Source: Promethearchaeota archaeon (lineage in GTDB: Archaea; Asgardarchaeota; Lokiarchaeia; Sigyniarchaeales; SOKP01). Taken from it: DNA of 64,000 bases. The DNA lies in contig JAUVXW010000014.1 in NCBI GenBank assembly GCA_030603385.1, positions 17,402 through 81,401 on the forward strand. Reading direction: 5' to 3'. The number at the start of each line of letters is the position of its first letter. Position 1 is the first letter of the stretch. Shown here one piece after another: positions 19,479 to 28,612 of the stretch. The notes below the pieces were generated by a model. The model searched no databases. It was not told the origin of the DNA and worked only from the letters and a program-made list of their open reading frames with translations. The translations under genes and the position numbers were made by a program.

Positions 19479-20450
19479 TTGAAAATGGAAGCAAGAAACA
19501 TTAAAAAAATTACGGTACTTGGAGCAGGTGTTATTGGAAACAGTTGGGTTGCGAATTTTATATGGAAGGGATATCCAGTGAATTTGTGGCTCTATTCCGC
19601 TGAGGAAGAAATAACTGCAAAACAAGTAGTCCAAGGCCATCTTGAAGGTTTAGTAATAAACGGGATTTTGGGAGAAGAAGAAATTCCAAAGATGATGAAA
19701 TTAATAAATTTTACGACTTCACTTGAAATTGCTGTTAAAGATGCTCAATTAATTATAGAGGCAATAATTGAAGATTTAACTATAAAACAGAAATGTCTTG
19801 CAGAAATTGATAAATATGCGGATACAGAAGCTATATATGCTAGTAGTACATCATATAAGTTAATTAGTGATATCGCAAAATTTTCGCAATTTTCAAAAAG
19901 GTGTATTGGAGCTCATCCGTATAACCCACCACACCTTATCCCATTAGTTGAAATAACTATACCAGAAGGAGAAAGGGGATCAAAAAAAACAGCCAAAATT
20001 GCTGCTGATTTTTTTGAGTTGATAAATAAAGTGCCAGTTATTCTGAAAAAAGATGTTTCAGGTTTTATAGCAAACCAAATTCAGAGTGTGGTAAGTACTA
20101 AATGTGAAGAATTACTTGCAAATGGGGTATGCACGGCAGAAGATATTGATAAGGCTGTTAGTTTTGGTCCAGGTTTGCGGTGGGCTATTGTTGGACCATA
20201 TTTAATTGCTCAATTAGGTGGAGGAGAAGGTGGTATTAAAGGAATCACGCTACATATCGGAAAAGCAAACTTAGAAGATGCTAATGAGCAAGCGATTAAA
20301 GAATTGGAACAGTATGCTGATTTTATCCAAGAAGAAGTAAATAAAGAGATGGCAAATCGTCCCCCGGAATTTGGGAATGATAATAAATCTTTAAGAAAAT
20401 TTAGAGATAAAGTTTTGATTAAGTTATTAAAAGCACATAAGAAAATATAA
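19479..20450 (+). CDS. 3-hydroxyacyl-CoA/carnitine dehydrogenase family (lambda-crystallin-like)
   Basis: GAGVIG, SSTS, HPYNPPHLIPLVE, GFIANQIQ, GPGLRWA. Confidence 0.8.
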   Translation: MKMEARNIKKITVLGAGVIGNSWVANFIWKGYPVNLWLYSAEEEITAKQVVQGHLEGLVINGILGEEEIPKMMKLINFTTSLEIAVKDAQLIIEAIIEDLTIKQKCLAEIDKYADTEAIYASSTSYKLISDIAKFSQFSKRCIGAHPYNPPHLIPLVEITIPEGERGSKKTAKIAADFFELINKVPVILKKDVSGFIANQIQSVVSTKCEELLANGVCTAEDIDKAVSFGPGLRWAIVGPYLIAQLGGGEGGIKGITLHIGKANLEDANEQAIKELEQYADFIQEEVNKEMANRPPEFGNDNKSLRKFRDKVLIKLLKAHKKI

Positions 20451-20679
20451 TTGTAAATTAGGAACAGGTCCTAAATTCTCAAGTTTTAGAATTCTTTCCC
20501 CTTTTATCGTATTTTAAAGAAAAAAATTGATATTTGTGTGGAACTTAATTTTAATAAATAATTAGCATTTCTGAAATTTTTTTATTTGGTATTTATTAAT
20601 GACCTTAACTAATATCTATATTAACAACTTTATTAGAGATCTAAAAAAAATTAAAAAAATTAAAGAGAGTAGATTATCT

Positions 20680-21972
20680 ATGAGTCAAAAACAACCTACT
20701 TGGTATGAACAACAAATGATTAAGGATATGATGGGTTTATTTGGTGGTAAAGCTATTAGAGGTATAACAAGTTCATTCAGATCACCGAAATTGTATATCG
20801 GTAAAACTGGTATTCTTTCAATGGCAGGAGATCTAGAAGCTTTTATTGATAAGGAAAATAGAAGAGCTCTAATCATAACAGACTCTTTTACCAAAAAATT
20901 TGCATCTAAAGTCACTGAAAGCCTTGAATATTGTGAAGTAGATTATAGAATTTATTCTAATATAGAACCAGAAGTCCCTTTAATAAACATTGAAGATGGA
21001 GTCAAAATTTGCGAAGAATTTAAACCTACAGCCATAATAGCAATCGGTGGAGGGAGTGTTATGGATGCTGCTAAAGTAATTATGCTTAAATATGAAAAAC
21101 CTGAAACTAATCTTTATATGCTTTTGCCTCTCGGTAGTCCTTTAGGATTACGCAAGAAAATTAGATATCTAATAGCAATTCCTACTACTTCAGGAACAGG
21201 ATCGGAAGTTACTAATGCCGCTGTTTTAACAGATACAAATAGAACACCTTATAAAAAATTTGAAATTACATGGCCTGAATTAGTTCCAGATATAGCTATT
21301 TTAGATACTGACTTTGTAGAAGATATGCCTCCCTTCTTAACAAAAGGAACTGGATTAGATGCTCTTGCTCATGCTGTTGGAAGTTATGTTTCAAATTGGG
21401 GAACTCCACTTATTGATGCTCTTAATTTAACCGCTATAAGAGAAACTGTAAAATACCTTCCGCGAGCCTATAAATATGGAAAAGGCGATATAGAAGCTAG
21501 AAGTCATATGCAGATGGCTGCAACATTAGCAGGACTTGGCTTTGGAAATAGTTTACCCGGAATAGACCATTCTTTGGGTCATAGTTTTGGAAAAATATTC
21601 AATGTCCATCATGGCCTTGCTGTAGGTCTGTTTCTACCATATTCATTAGGATTTCAAGCAAAAGTTACTGATAGATGGAAAGACTTATGTCCAATTTTTG
21701 GTGTAGAACCTGGAAATAAGGATAGGGATACATTGTTTAAAGATTTTTTAGGGGCACTTAACGATTTCATCCATTCTATAGATGGTCCCACGTGTGTAAA
21801 AGATCTGAATGAACCTACAATTAATAAAGATGAATATATGAATAAAATTGTGCTTTTAGCAGAATACGCTGAAGATGATGCAGTAAGTCTTCTCTCTTAC
21901 CGACCTATGACCGTAAGTCTTTATAAAAAGATTTTTGAGTATGCTTGGGATGGAAAAAATATAGATTTTTAA
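20680..21972 (+). CDS. Iron-containing alcohol dehydrogenase
   Basis: GGGSVMDAAK, IPTTSGTGSEVT, DALAH, HSLGH, HG; likely start ATG 20680 (ORF track 20599). Confidence 0.88.
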   Translation: MSQKQPTWYEQQMIKDMMGLFGGKAIRGITSSFRSPKLYIGKTGILSMAGDLEAFIDKENRRALIITDSFTKKFASKVTESLEYCEVDYRIYSNIEPEVPLINIEDGVKICEEFKPTAIIAIGGGSVMDAAKVIMLKYEKPETNLYMLLPLGSPLGLRKKIRYLIAIPTTSGTGSEVTNAAVLTDTNRTPYKKFEITWPELVPDIAILDTDFVEDMPPFLTKGTGLDALAHAVGSYVSNWGTPLIDALNLTAIRETVKYLPRAYKYGKGDIEARSHMQMAATLAGLGFGNSLPGIDHSLGHSFGKIFNVHHGLAVGLFLPYSLGFQAKVTDRWKDLCPIFGVEPGNKDRDTLFKDFLGALNDFIHSIDGPTCVKDLNEPTINKDEYMNKIVLLAEYAEDDAVSLLSYRPMTVSLYKKIFEYAWDGKNIDF

Positions 21973-21994
21973 TTATTTAAAAAGAGGGAAGTAA

Positions 21995-23875
21995 ATGAGC
22001 GAAAAGTTAATTGGTTATAATGGAAAAATTGCTTTTATCGATTTAAATAATAAAAGCTGGGAAACTAAAGATTTAAATCCCCAAATTGCAAGAGAATACT
22101 TAGGAGGAACTGGATTAAGCGCAAAATTGACATATGATTTACTATCAGAAGCAGATTATAAAACTTTAAAAGAAGATCCATTAAATGAGATTAATCCTTT
22201 AATTTTTGCTACTGGACCGGTAACAGGTACAATAAGACCATCCTCTGGTAGATATACAGTGACAGCGATATCCCCACTTACAAAAATATGGGGGGAAAGT
22301 TCTTCCGGGGGTTATTTCTGTATATCTCTACGAAATAGTGGTTTTGATGCAATAGTTATTACTGGCAAATCTAATACGCCAATATATTTATATATTCATG
22401 ATAAAACTATTGAGTTTAAAGATGCAAGTAAATATTGGGGGAAAGATACTTATGAGACACAAACACTCATAAAGGAAGAGTTAAATAAAGAAAGAGTAAG
22501 AGTAGTAACAATTGGATTAGCGGCTGAGAATTTGGTAAAATACGCTGGAATGATAAATGATGAAGGTAGAGCGATTGGAAGATGTGGATTAGGTTCAGTT
22601 ATGGCATCAAAAAATGTAAAAGCTTTAGCGGTTATCGGAAGCGGTAGAGTCCAAATAGCTGATAATAAAATCGGTAAAGAAATGATTAAAGAGGCTAAAG
22701 AAGCAGCAAAAGGAGATGCAATTGGGAGTTTAGGATCCTTTTTGTTTACTTTATATGGGACAAATGGTTATCTTGATATAGGAATGGCTCTTGGTGATAC
22801 TCCTGCATATTATTTTACAGAAACCGAATTTTTAGCTGAAAAGTTAACAGGAAAAACATTAAGAGAGGAATACCCCGTATTAGATTATGGATGTGCTGGT
22901 TGTACAATAAAATGTGGGAAACAAACTATTATAGAAGATAATGGTACAGAAATTAGGGTAGATGGACCAGAATATGAATCAGTTGCTGCATTCGGTCCTT
23001 TATGCGGTGTATTTGAATCTAAAAGTGTAATTTTAGCTCATCATTTATGCAATGTTTATGGAATGGATACAATTTCATGCGGCGTAAGCATTGCTTTCTT
23101 AATATATTTGGTTGAGAACAAACTTGGTACTGAAAAAATAAAACAGTCACTAAATAAGATTAACCTTGAGGAAATTCATTGGGGGAATGGAAAACTACTT
23201 TTAGATTTAATCGAACTGATTTCAAAAAGAGAAAGTGTCGGCAATATTTTGGCTGAAGGTGTGCAATCGATGGCGAAGGAATTTGGAGTAGACCCAGAAT
23301 TAGCTGCTCATGTTAAAGGGTTAGAAATTCCTATGCATGATCCTCGAGCCTTTGCCGGACAAGCTTTAAGTTATGTAACATGTTGCGTAGGTGCCAATCA
23401 TGAAAAATGTGACTGGTTTAACGTAGAAATGGGATCCATCAATTATTCTAGATTAAGAATTAAGTCAGGAGAACGGGCTTCCATTAAAAGAAGAGAGAAA
23501 GGAGTTATGGCATTGCAAGATATAAGGGCTATTGATGATTCTGCTGTAAATTGTAATTTTAAAAATCCTAGTCTCGAGCATTTTATAGGACATATTAATG
23601 CAGCAACAGGTTTTAATTATGATAGGAAATCGCTCGTATCCGTTGGTGAAAGAATCAATACTCTAAAAAGGGTTATAAACTGTAATTTAGGAATAACTAG
23701 AGCTGACGATAGATTACCTAATCATGTTCTTAAAGTTCTAAAATCAGGAAAAACTAGTGATGTGAAAATCGATATAGATCAAAACTTAAAAGAATATTAC
23801 AAACTTAGAGGTTGGGATTGGGAAACTGGTCGCCCCACAGATGAGAAATTAAGGGATTTAAATATAGTTAACTAA
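21995..23875 (+). CDS. Tungsten-type aldehyde:ferredoxin oxidoreductase
   Basis: YLGGTG, SPLT...ESSSGG, GRCGLGSVMASKNVKA, CAGCTIKC, GPEYES, GMDTIS, VKGLEIPMHDPR, YYKLRGWD. Confidence 0.9.
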   Translation: MSEKLIGYNGKIAFIDLNNKSWETKDLNPQIAREYLGGTGLSAKLTYDLLSEADYKTLKEDPLNEINPLIFATGPVTGTIRPSSGRYTVTAISPLTKIWGESSSGGYFCISLRNSGFDAIVITGKSNTPIYLYIHDKTIEFKDASKYWGKDTYETQTLIKEELNKERVRVVTIGLAAENLVKYAGMINDEGRAIGRCGLGSVMASKNVKALAVIGSGRVQIADNKIGKEMIKEAKEAAKGDAIGSLGSFLFTLYGTNGYLDIGMALGDTPAYYFTETEFLAEKLTGKTLREEYPVLDYGCAGCTIKCGKQTIIEDNGTEIRVDGPEYESVAAFGPLCGVFESKSVILAHHLCNVYGMDTISCGVSIAFLIYLVENKLGTEKIKQSLNKINLEEIHWGNGKLLLDLIELISKRESVGNILAEGVQSMAKEFGVDPELAAHVKGLEIPMHDPRAFAGQALSYVTCCVGANHEKCDWFNVEMGSINYSRLRIKSGERASIKRREKGVMALQDIRAIDDSAVNCNFKNPSLEHFIGHINAATGFNYDRKSLVSVGERINTLKRVINCNLGITRADDRLPNHVLKVLKSGKTSDVKIDIDQNLKEYYKLRGWDWETGRPTDEKLRDLNIVN

Positions 23876-23899
23876 CTTTCTTTTATTTTTTTTTATTAT

Positions 23900-25015
23900 T
23901 TAAAACTTCTTTAAAGCCATTTCAATTTCTTCTTTAACAAGATCTTTACTCTTGGGTTTAAACCCCTCTAAGGCACTTTTGGCAACCTTTCCACCGATTC
24001 GTCCTAAAGCCCATACGATCATTCCTTTTACACGTTCATCTTGATTTTCTTTAAAACCTCGAATTAATTCTGGAATATATTTAGGATCAAGTGTATTTCC
24101 CATTGCTCTTGCTGCGTTCATTTTCCACCGCCATGTCTCATTATAAGACATATAGAACATATGAGACCAAATCCTTGTTTGATAATATTTTTTATCCATA
24201 TGAAGCAGTTTTATCAAGGCAAAATCTTTTTCTTTTGCAACTACTCTTTTATTAAGGGGTAAATCTTGAGATAACCATGGTCTATTACGAGGACAAACTT
24301 CTTGACATCGATCACAACCATAAACCCAAGTACTCATCTGCTCGCGGATCTCTAATGGTGTTATTCCTTCTTGATAATAACTAAGATAAGAAATACATTT
24401 TCGAGGATCGATTTTATTTGGTGCACTAAGAGCGCCAGTAGGGCAAGAGGCAATACAAGTATTTTTACACCATTTAGGACACCCGATTTCTATTGTAGGT
24501 TCATCAGGCTCGAATTCATAATCAACTATTAAGGGTATAGGAGATATCCAAGAACTTTTTCTTGCAATTCTATTTGAATAGAGAAAATTATTCTTTCCAA
24601 AAGTCCCCACTCCCGCTCTAGCTGCTGTTAATCGATGTGGAATATTAAATGGTGCTCTAGAATCAATTCCATTATCTCGTAAATAGCTTCTAAATGCTTT
24701 AAGCCGTTGATATAATTGACCTTTTGTCATACGATCATCATCCAAATATGCACGACCAAAATAACCCTCTAAACCAGAAGGAAATCCTTCTTTGAAATAG
24801 ACATCAATTAAAACAATAATAGATTTACCATCATGCAATATGTTTTTAGGATCTAGACCTTTTATGAGTGCAATACCTGCTTTTAAAGCCCATGCATATT
24901 CTTCTTTTCTAGAATCCAAAATCTCTTTTTGAGATTCAAAAGGTTCCATAGTTGTAAACCCAATATCTTCAAAGCCTAATTCTAACGCTTTTTTGACTAC
25001 TTCGCTTTTCTCCAT
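23900..25015 (-). CDS. Epoxyqueuosine reductase (QueG)-like cobalamin/Fe-S protein with HEAT repeat
   Basis: AARAGVGTFGKN, CPKWCKNTCIASCPTGAL, CISYLS, VYGCDRCQEVCP, AARAMGN, WALGRIGG. Confidence 0.75.
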   Translation of the reverse strand: MEKSEVVKKALELGFEDIGFTTMEPFESQKEILDSRKEEYAWALKAGIALIKGLDPKNILHDGKSIIVLIDVYFKEGFPSGLEGYFGRAYLDDDRMTKGQLYQRLKAFRSYLRDNGIDSRAPFNIPHRLTAARAGVGTFGKNNFLYSNRIARKSSWISPIPLIVDYEFEPDEPTIEIGCPKWCKNTCIASCPTGALSAPNKIDPRKCISYLSYYQEGITPLEIREQMSTWVYGCDRCQEVCPRNRPWLSQDLPLNKRVVAKEKDFALIKLLHMDKKYYQTRIWSHMFYMSYNETWRWKMNAARAMGNTLDPKYIPELIRGFKENQDERVKGMIVWALGRIGGKVAKSALEGFKPKSKDLVKEEIEMALKKF

Positions 25016-25115
25016 AATTTACCATTTAAAGTCTAATTATGATATAATATGATATCTTAGAATCTAAAATCATTTTATAAGTTAAGCCCTTCTAAATATA
25101 ATCTATAAGTAGATC

Positions 25116-26222
25116 TTAGCTTTCAATTTGAATAACTAATTCTTCTTTATATCCTATTATTACTTTCGCAAACCCTTTAAGCTCATTATCAAATTCACTA
25201 TCTCCAGTATCTACTCTTAAACAATGAAGATTTCTCATTTTATCTTCAGTTGCAATAATTTTTATGTTCTTTTTCCCTATTTTTTTAATAACTTTTGGAG
25301 TAAATTGTTTATTACCGCGTCCAAAAATAAATCCTTGTCCTCCTATCGGAGAAATTATAAGCTCAGCCTTATCGAACTCTCCTAACAATTCAAAGATACT
25401 TTTTTCATTCAAATCTTTCCCTACGATCTTTCTATTGTCAATTGCATCTATACCAAGAAGAGTTTTAGGCAACCCTAAATTGTCTGTTATTGTTTTTACA
25501 GTAGTACCCGGTCCTAATAAATAGAGTGTATCTTTCTTCATATCTTCAATTACAAATTGAGCAATTTCATGTTTATTTTCTTCAATAGTCCTTCCGAATT
25601 TTGAACCAATTTTCCCTGCTTGTACTAAATTTCTGATTTTAAGAACTTTTAAATAGCCATACAGAGTCGATTTTAACATATCTTTTCTTACAAGCTTCTC
25701 GTCAATATCTAAGACTTCTCTATCTTCATTTTCAATAACATCCTCTAAAAATCCGTCAATTATTTGAGCTGCTGCTATAGGATTAATCGAAAATACAGAA
25801 CTGAACATTTTAACTCCTCCAGGTACAGCAACTACTGGTTTTTCTAATCCAATTGCATCATAAATATCTCTTGCGGTTCCATCCCCGCCACAAAAAATCA
25901 AAAGTTCAATCCCTCTTTTAAGCATCTGTTTTGCTATTTTTTTTGTATCCTCAGCTGATGTAATTTCACCAATTTTACCTATTACTTCAAATTCGATGCC
26001 CTTACCTTTAATAACATCCGCACCCATCTTACCAGGTGCAACTAACATAAATATCTTTTCTTTGTGCTTTATATGGGATAGTAACTCACTTACTCTTTTT
26101 GGAGTTATAGCTTTAGCCCCCATTTTTAATGCTTTCTGATATATGTCTCCATCTGTCCCTTTAAGACCGACACTACCTCCCATCCCGGCAATTGGATTTA
26201 TTATAAGCCCGATTTTCTTCAT
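25116..26222 (-). CDS. ATP-NAD kinase family protein
   Basis: IINPIAGMGGSVGLKGTDG, GGDGTARD, PGGVKMFS, GGQGFIFGRGNKQ, LRVDTGD. Confidence 0.8.
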   Translation of the reverse strand: MKKIGLIINPIAGMGGSVGLKGTDGDIYQKALKMGAKAITPKRVSELLSHIKHKEKIFMLVAPGKMGADVIKGKGIEFEVIGKIGEITSAEDTKKIAKQMLKRGIELLIFCGGDGTARDIYDAIGLEKPVVAVPGGVKMFSSVFSINPIAAAQIIDGFLEDVIENEDREVLDIDEKLVRKDMLKSTLYGYLKVLKIRNLVQAGKIGSKFGRTIEENKHEIAQFVIEDMKKDTLYLLGPGTTVKTITDNLGLPKTLLGIDAIDNRKIVGKDLNEKSIFELLGEFDKAELIISPIGGQGFIFGRGNKQFTPKVIKKIGKKNIKIIATEDKMRNLHCLRVDTGDSEFDNELKGFAKVIIGYKEELVIQIES

Positions 26223-26283
26223 GACTGTAGAATTTTTAAAAGATTTATTGGTTTAAAATTTTATTTTTTGACTGATTAGATTA

Positions 26284-27135
26284 TTATATTTTTCCTAATC
26301 TTTTTCTTGCCTTCTTATAACTTTTATCTGACCAATATCTAATGATTTTAGGAAAATGACGATTTAATTTCCAGATGAATTTAGCCTCACCGGGTAAAAT
26401 GTTAAACTTATTTCTTAAAATACCATGTATAAAGACTTCAGCAACATTTTCAGGTGTTTCAAGTCCTCCTCTTGCTTCCATTATTCGACATTCTTCAGGT
26501 TTTGTCTTGTTTTCTATTTCAAATCCAGGAGTATCCATAGAAGGAGGATAAAGAATTGATACATTAATTCTGTAAGGTTTTAACTCATTTCGAAGCGTTT
26601 CCGATAAACCTACTACTGCGTATTTAGATGGAACATAAGTTGTAAAGCCCATTAAGCCCATATACCCTAATATGGAAGAAACATTTACAATGTGTCCCTT
26701 TTTTTCCTTCATAAAGTAGGGTAATAGAATTAGAATTGGAACTAACTGCCCATAATAATTCACTTCCATGTTCTTTTTAAAATCACCGAGAGAACATTTT
26801 TCAATATAATTGGCATACGCATACCCAACACAGTTTAATAAATAATCAGGAATTCCATATTTCTCTATAAATTCAGTTAAAAGTGGTTTTAATTTATCCA
26901 TAATTGTGGTATCACATGCAATGATCTCTATAAATTGGGAATCGCCAAGTTTTAATTCATTAATCTCATTAGCAGCTTCTTTTAAAATTTCTGTCCTCCT
27001 TGCAATAATACATACGCTTCCCCCTAATTCTACAAAATATTTTGCTGATGCTTTTCCTAATCCCTGAGATCCACCAGTGATAATAGCAATTTTGTCTTTA
27101 AATGGTTGCTGTCTAACTAATTTCTCTTTTTTCAT
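26284..27135 (-). CDS. SDR oxidoreductase, 3-ketodihydrosphingosine reductase (KDSR/Tsc10)-like
   Basis: TGGSQGLG, ARR, NYYG, YVPSK, and the KDSR-type segment YPPSMDTPGFEIENKTKPEE. Confidence 0.7.
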   Translation of the reverse strand: MKKEKLVRQQPFKDKIAIITGGSQGLGKASAKYFVELGGSVCIIARRTEILKEAANEINELKLGDSQFIEIIACDTTIMDKLKPLLTEFIEKYGIPDYLLNCVGYAYANYIEKCSLGDFKKNMEVNYYGQLVPILILLPYFMKEKKGHIVNVSSILGYMGLMGFTTYVPSKYAVVGLSETLRNELKPYRINVSILYPPSMDTPGFEIENKTKPEECRIMEARGGLETPENVAEVFIHGILRNKFNILPGEAKFIWKLNRHFPKIIRYWSDKSYKKARKRLGKI

Positions 27136-27188
27136 ATTATCTCACTTAAATTATTTCAGAATTTTGATAAAAATAATTTCCTCAAATT

Positions 27189-27584
27189 TTATATATTTGA
27201 CCAACCATAAATCATAAAAATAGGTCCAAAAATTATACAAAATAGGTTAACTACTAGATTTAGAATAATTTCAAATTTTTCACCACTATATCCCCCATAT
27301 TGTAGATTGTGAGAAATATCAAGTAAGCCCAAGAAAACCATAGTACTTCCACCTGCAATTGAAAAAAAAACCCCAAATTTTTCGTTCATAATAAGGCCAA
27401 TGGCTCCTAAGATTAAACAAGGCACTGCCCATCCTAAATCTGGTAACGGAAAGGATCTCTCAAATTCAAGATACCCTTCTCGTTGATCAGGTTTTTTATT
27501 CTCAGCTATAAAAAAGTAGATCCAAAACCCAATAAAACCAACTGCCATAAAAATTTCTAATCCTGCAATCATTAAATCCATCAT
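27189..27584 (-). CDS. Small four-helix membrane protein, unknown function
   Basis: Four hydrophobic segments; FERSFPLPD loop. Confidence 0.7.
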   Translation of the reverse strand: MMDLMIAGLEIFMAVGFIGFWIYFFIAENKKPDQREGYLEFERSFPLPDLGWAVPCLILGAIGLIMNEKFGVFFSIAGGSTMVFLGLLDISHNLQYGGYSGEKFEIILNLVVNLFCIIFGPIFMIYGWSNI

Positions 27585-27631
27585 GATTTATCTCATTTTG
27601 ATTTTAAAAGTAAATAATATTCTTAAAAGAT

Positions 27632-28444
27632 TTAAATATCAGACTTTAATGTATTTGGAGCGACACCTACTTCAGCGATACCTCCATCTATAGGAAATGT
27701 ATGACCGGTTATAAAATTACTTCTTGGTGAGGCTAAAAAAACCATTAAATCAACAACATCTTCAATAGTCCCTATTCTATTTAATGGTGTTTTTACATTT
27801 CCATCTTTCATGGTCTGAATCATAATATCTTCTCTATTTCCATAAACACCTGTGACATGAAATCCCGGTGCTATCGCGTTTGAGGTAATATAAGGAGCAA
27901 GACTTTTAGCTACTAGCTGTGTTAAAGCTATTATCCCAATTTTACTTATACTATAAACTGGGATTAAGGGATCAACAACTGTCCCTGCAATTGATGAAGT
28001 ATGAATAATCTTCCCTCTTAAAGGCTCAAATTTTTGTCGATTCATTTTACGGGACACAAATTTATCTGTTAACCATTGACCTTTAAGATTAACATTCATA
28101 GTCAAATCCCATGCTTTTTCACCTACTTTTAAAACATCTACACCATAAGCTGCTTCGGTACCTGCGTTATTAAATAAAACATATATATTATCTAGTTCTG
28201 AAAAAGCTTGTTCAGTCATTTTTTTAACTTGCTTAGCCTCTGATACATCGCATAATATGGGGATTACTTTTTGTTTTGTTTCTTTCTCGACATTCTTACT
28301 TGTTTCATTAAGGAGTTCTTCATTTATATCAACTAAAACTAAGTCCGCCCCTCTTTCGGCAAAGGCATAGGCTACACCCCTACCAAATCCAGATGCGCCT
28401 CCAGTAATGAGGCACCCTTTCCCTTCTAGAAATTTTTCCGTCAC
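27632..28444 (-). CDS. Classical SDR oxidoreductase (NAD-type)
   Basis: TGGASGFG, VDIN, NNAG, YSISK, NAIAPG, ITGHTFPIDGG. Confidence 0.88.
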   Translation of the reverse strand: MTEKFLEGKGCLITGGASGFGRGVAYAFAERGADLVLVDINEELLNETSKNVEKETKQKVIPILCDVSEAKQVKKMTEQAFSELDNIYVLFNNAGTEAAYGVDVLKVGEKAWDLTMNVNLKGQWLTDKFVSRKMNRQKFEPLRGKIIHTSSIAGTVVDPLIPVYSISKIGIIALTQLVAKSLAPYITSNAIAPGFHVTGVYGNREDIMIQTMKDGNVKTPLNRIGTIEDVVDLMVFLASPRSNFITGHTFPIDGGIAEVGVAPNTLKSDI

Positions 28445-28612
28445 ATTTCACCATCATTGATATTTGAATTATCTTTTTGTTAATGATATTAATTTTCTTT
28501 CACTCTATTTAAAATTTTAATATAGAACCTTTATAATGATGGAGCTAAAACCAAAACTTTAATTATTAAAACGTAATTAAAAAATAATATAGAAATATCA
28601 AGTGAATCAAAT

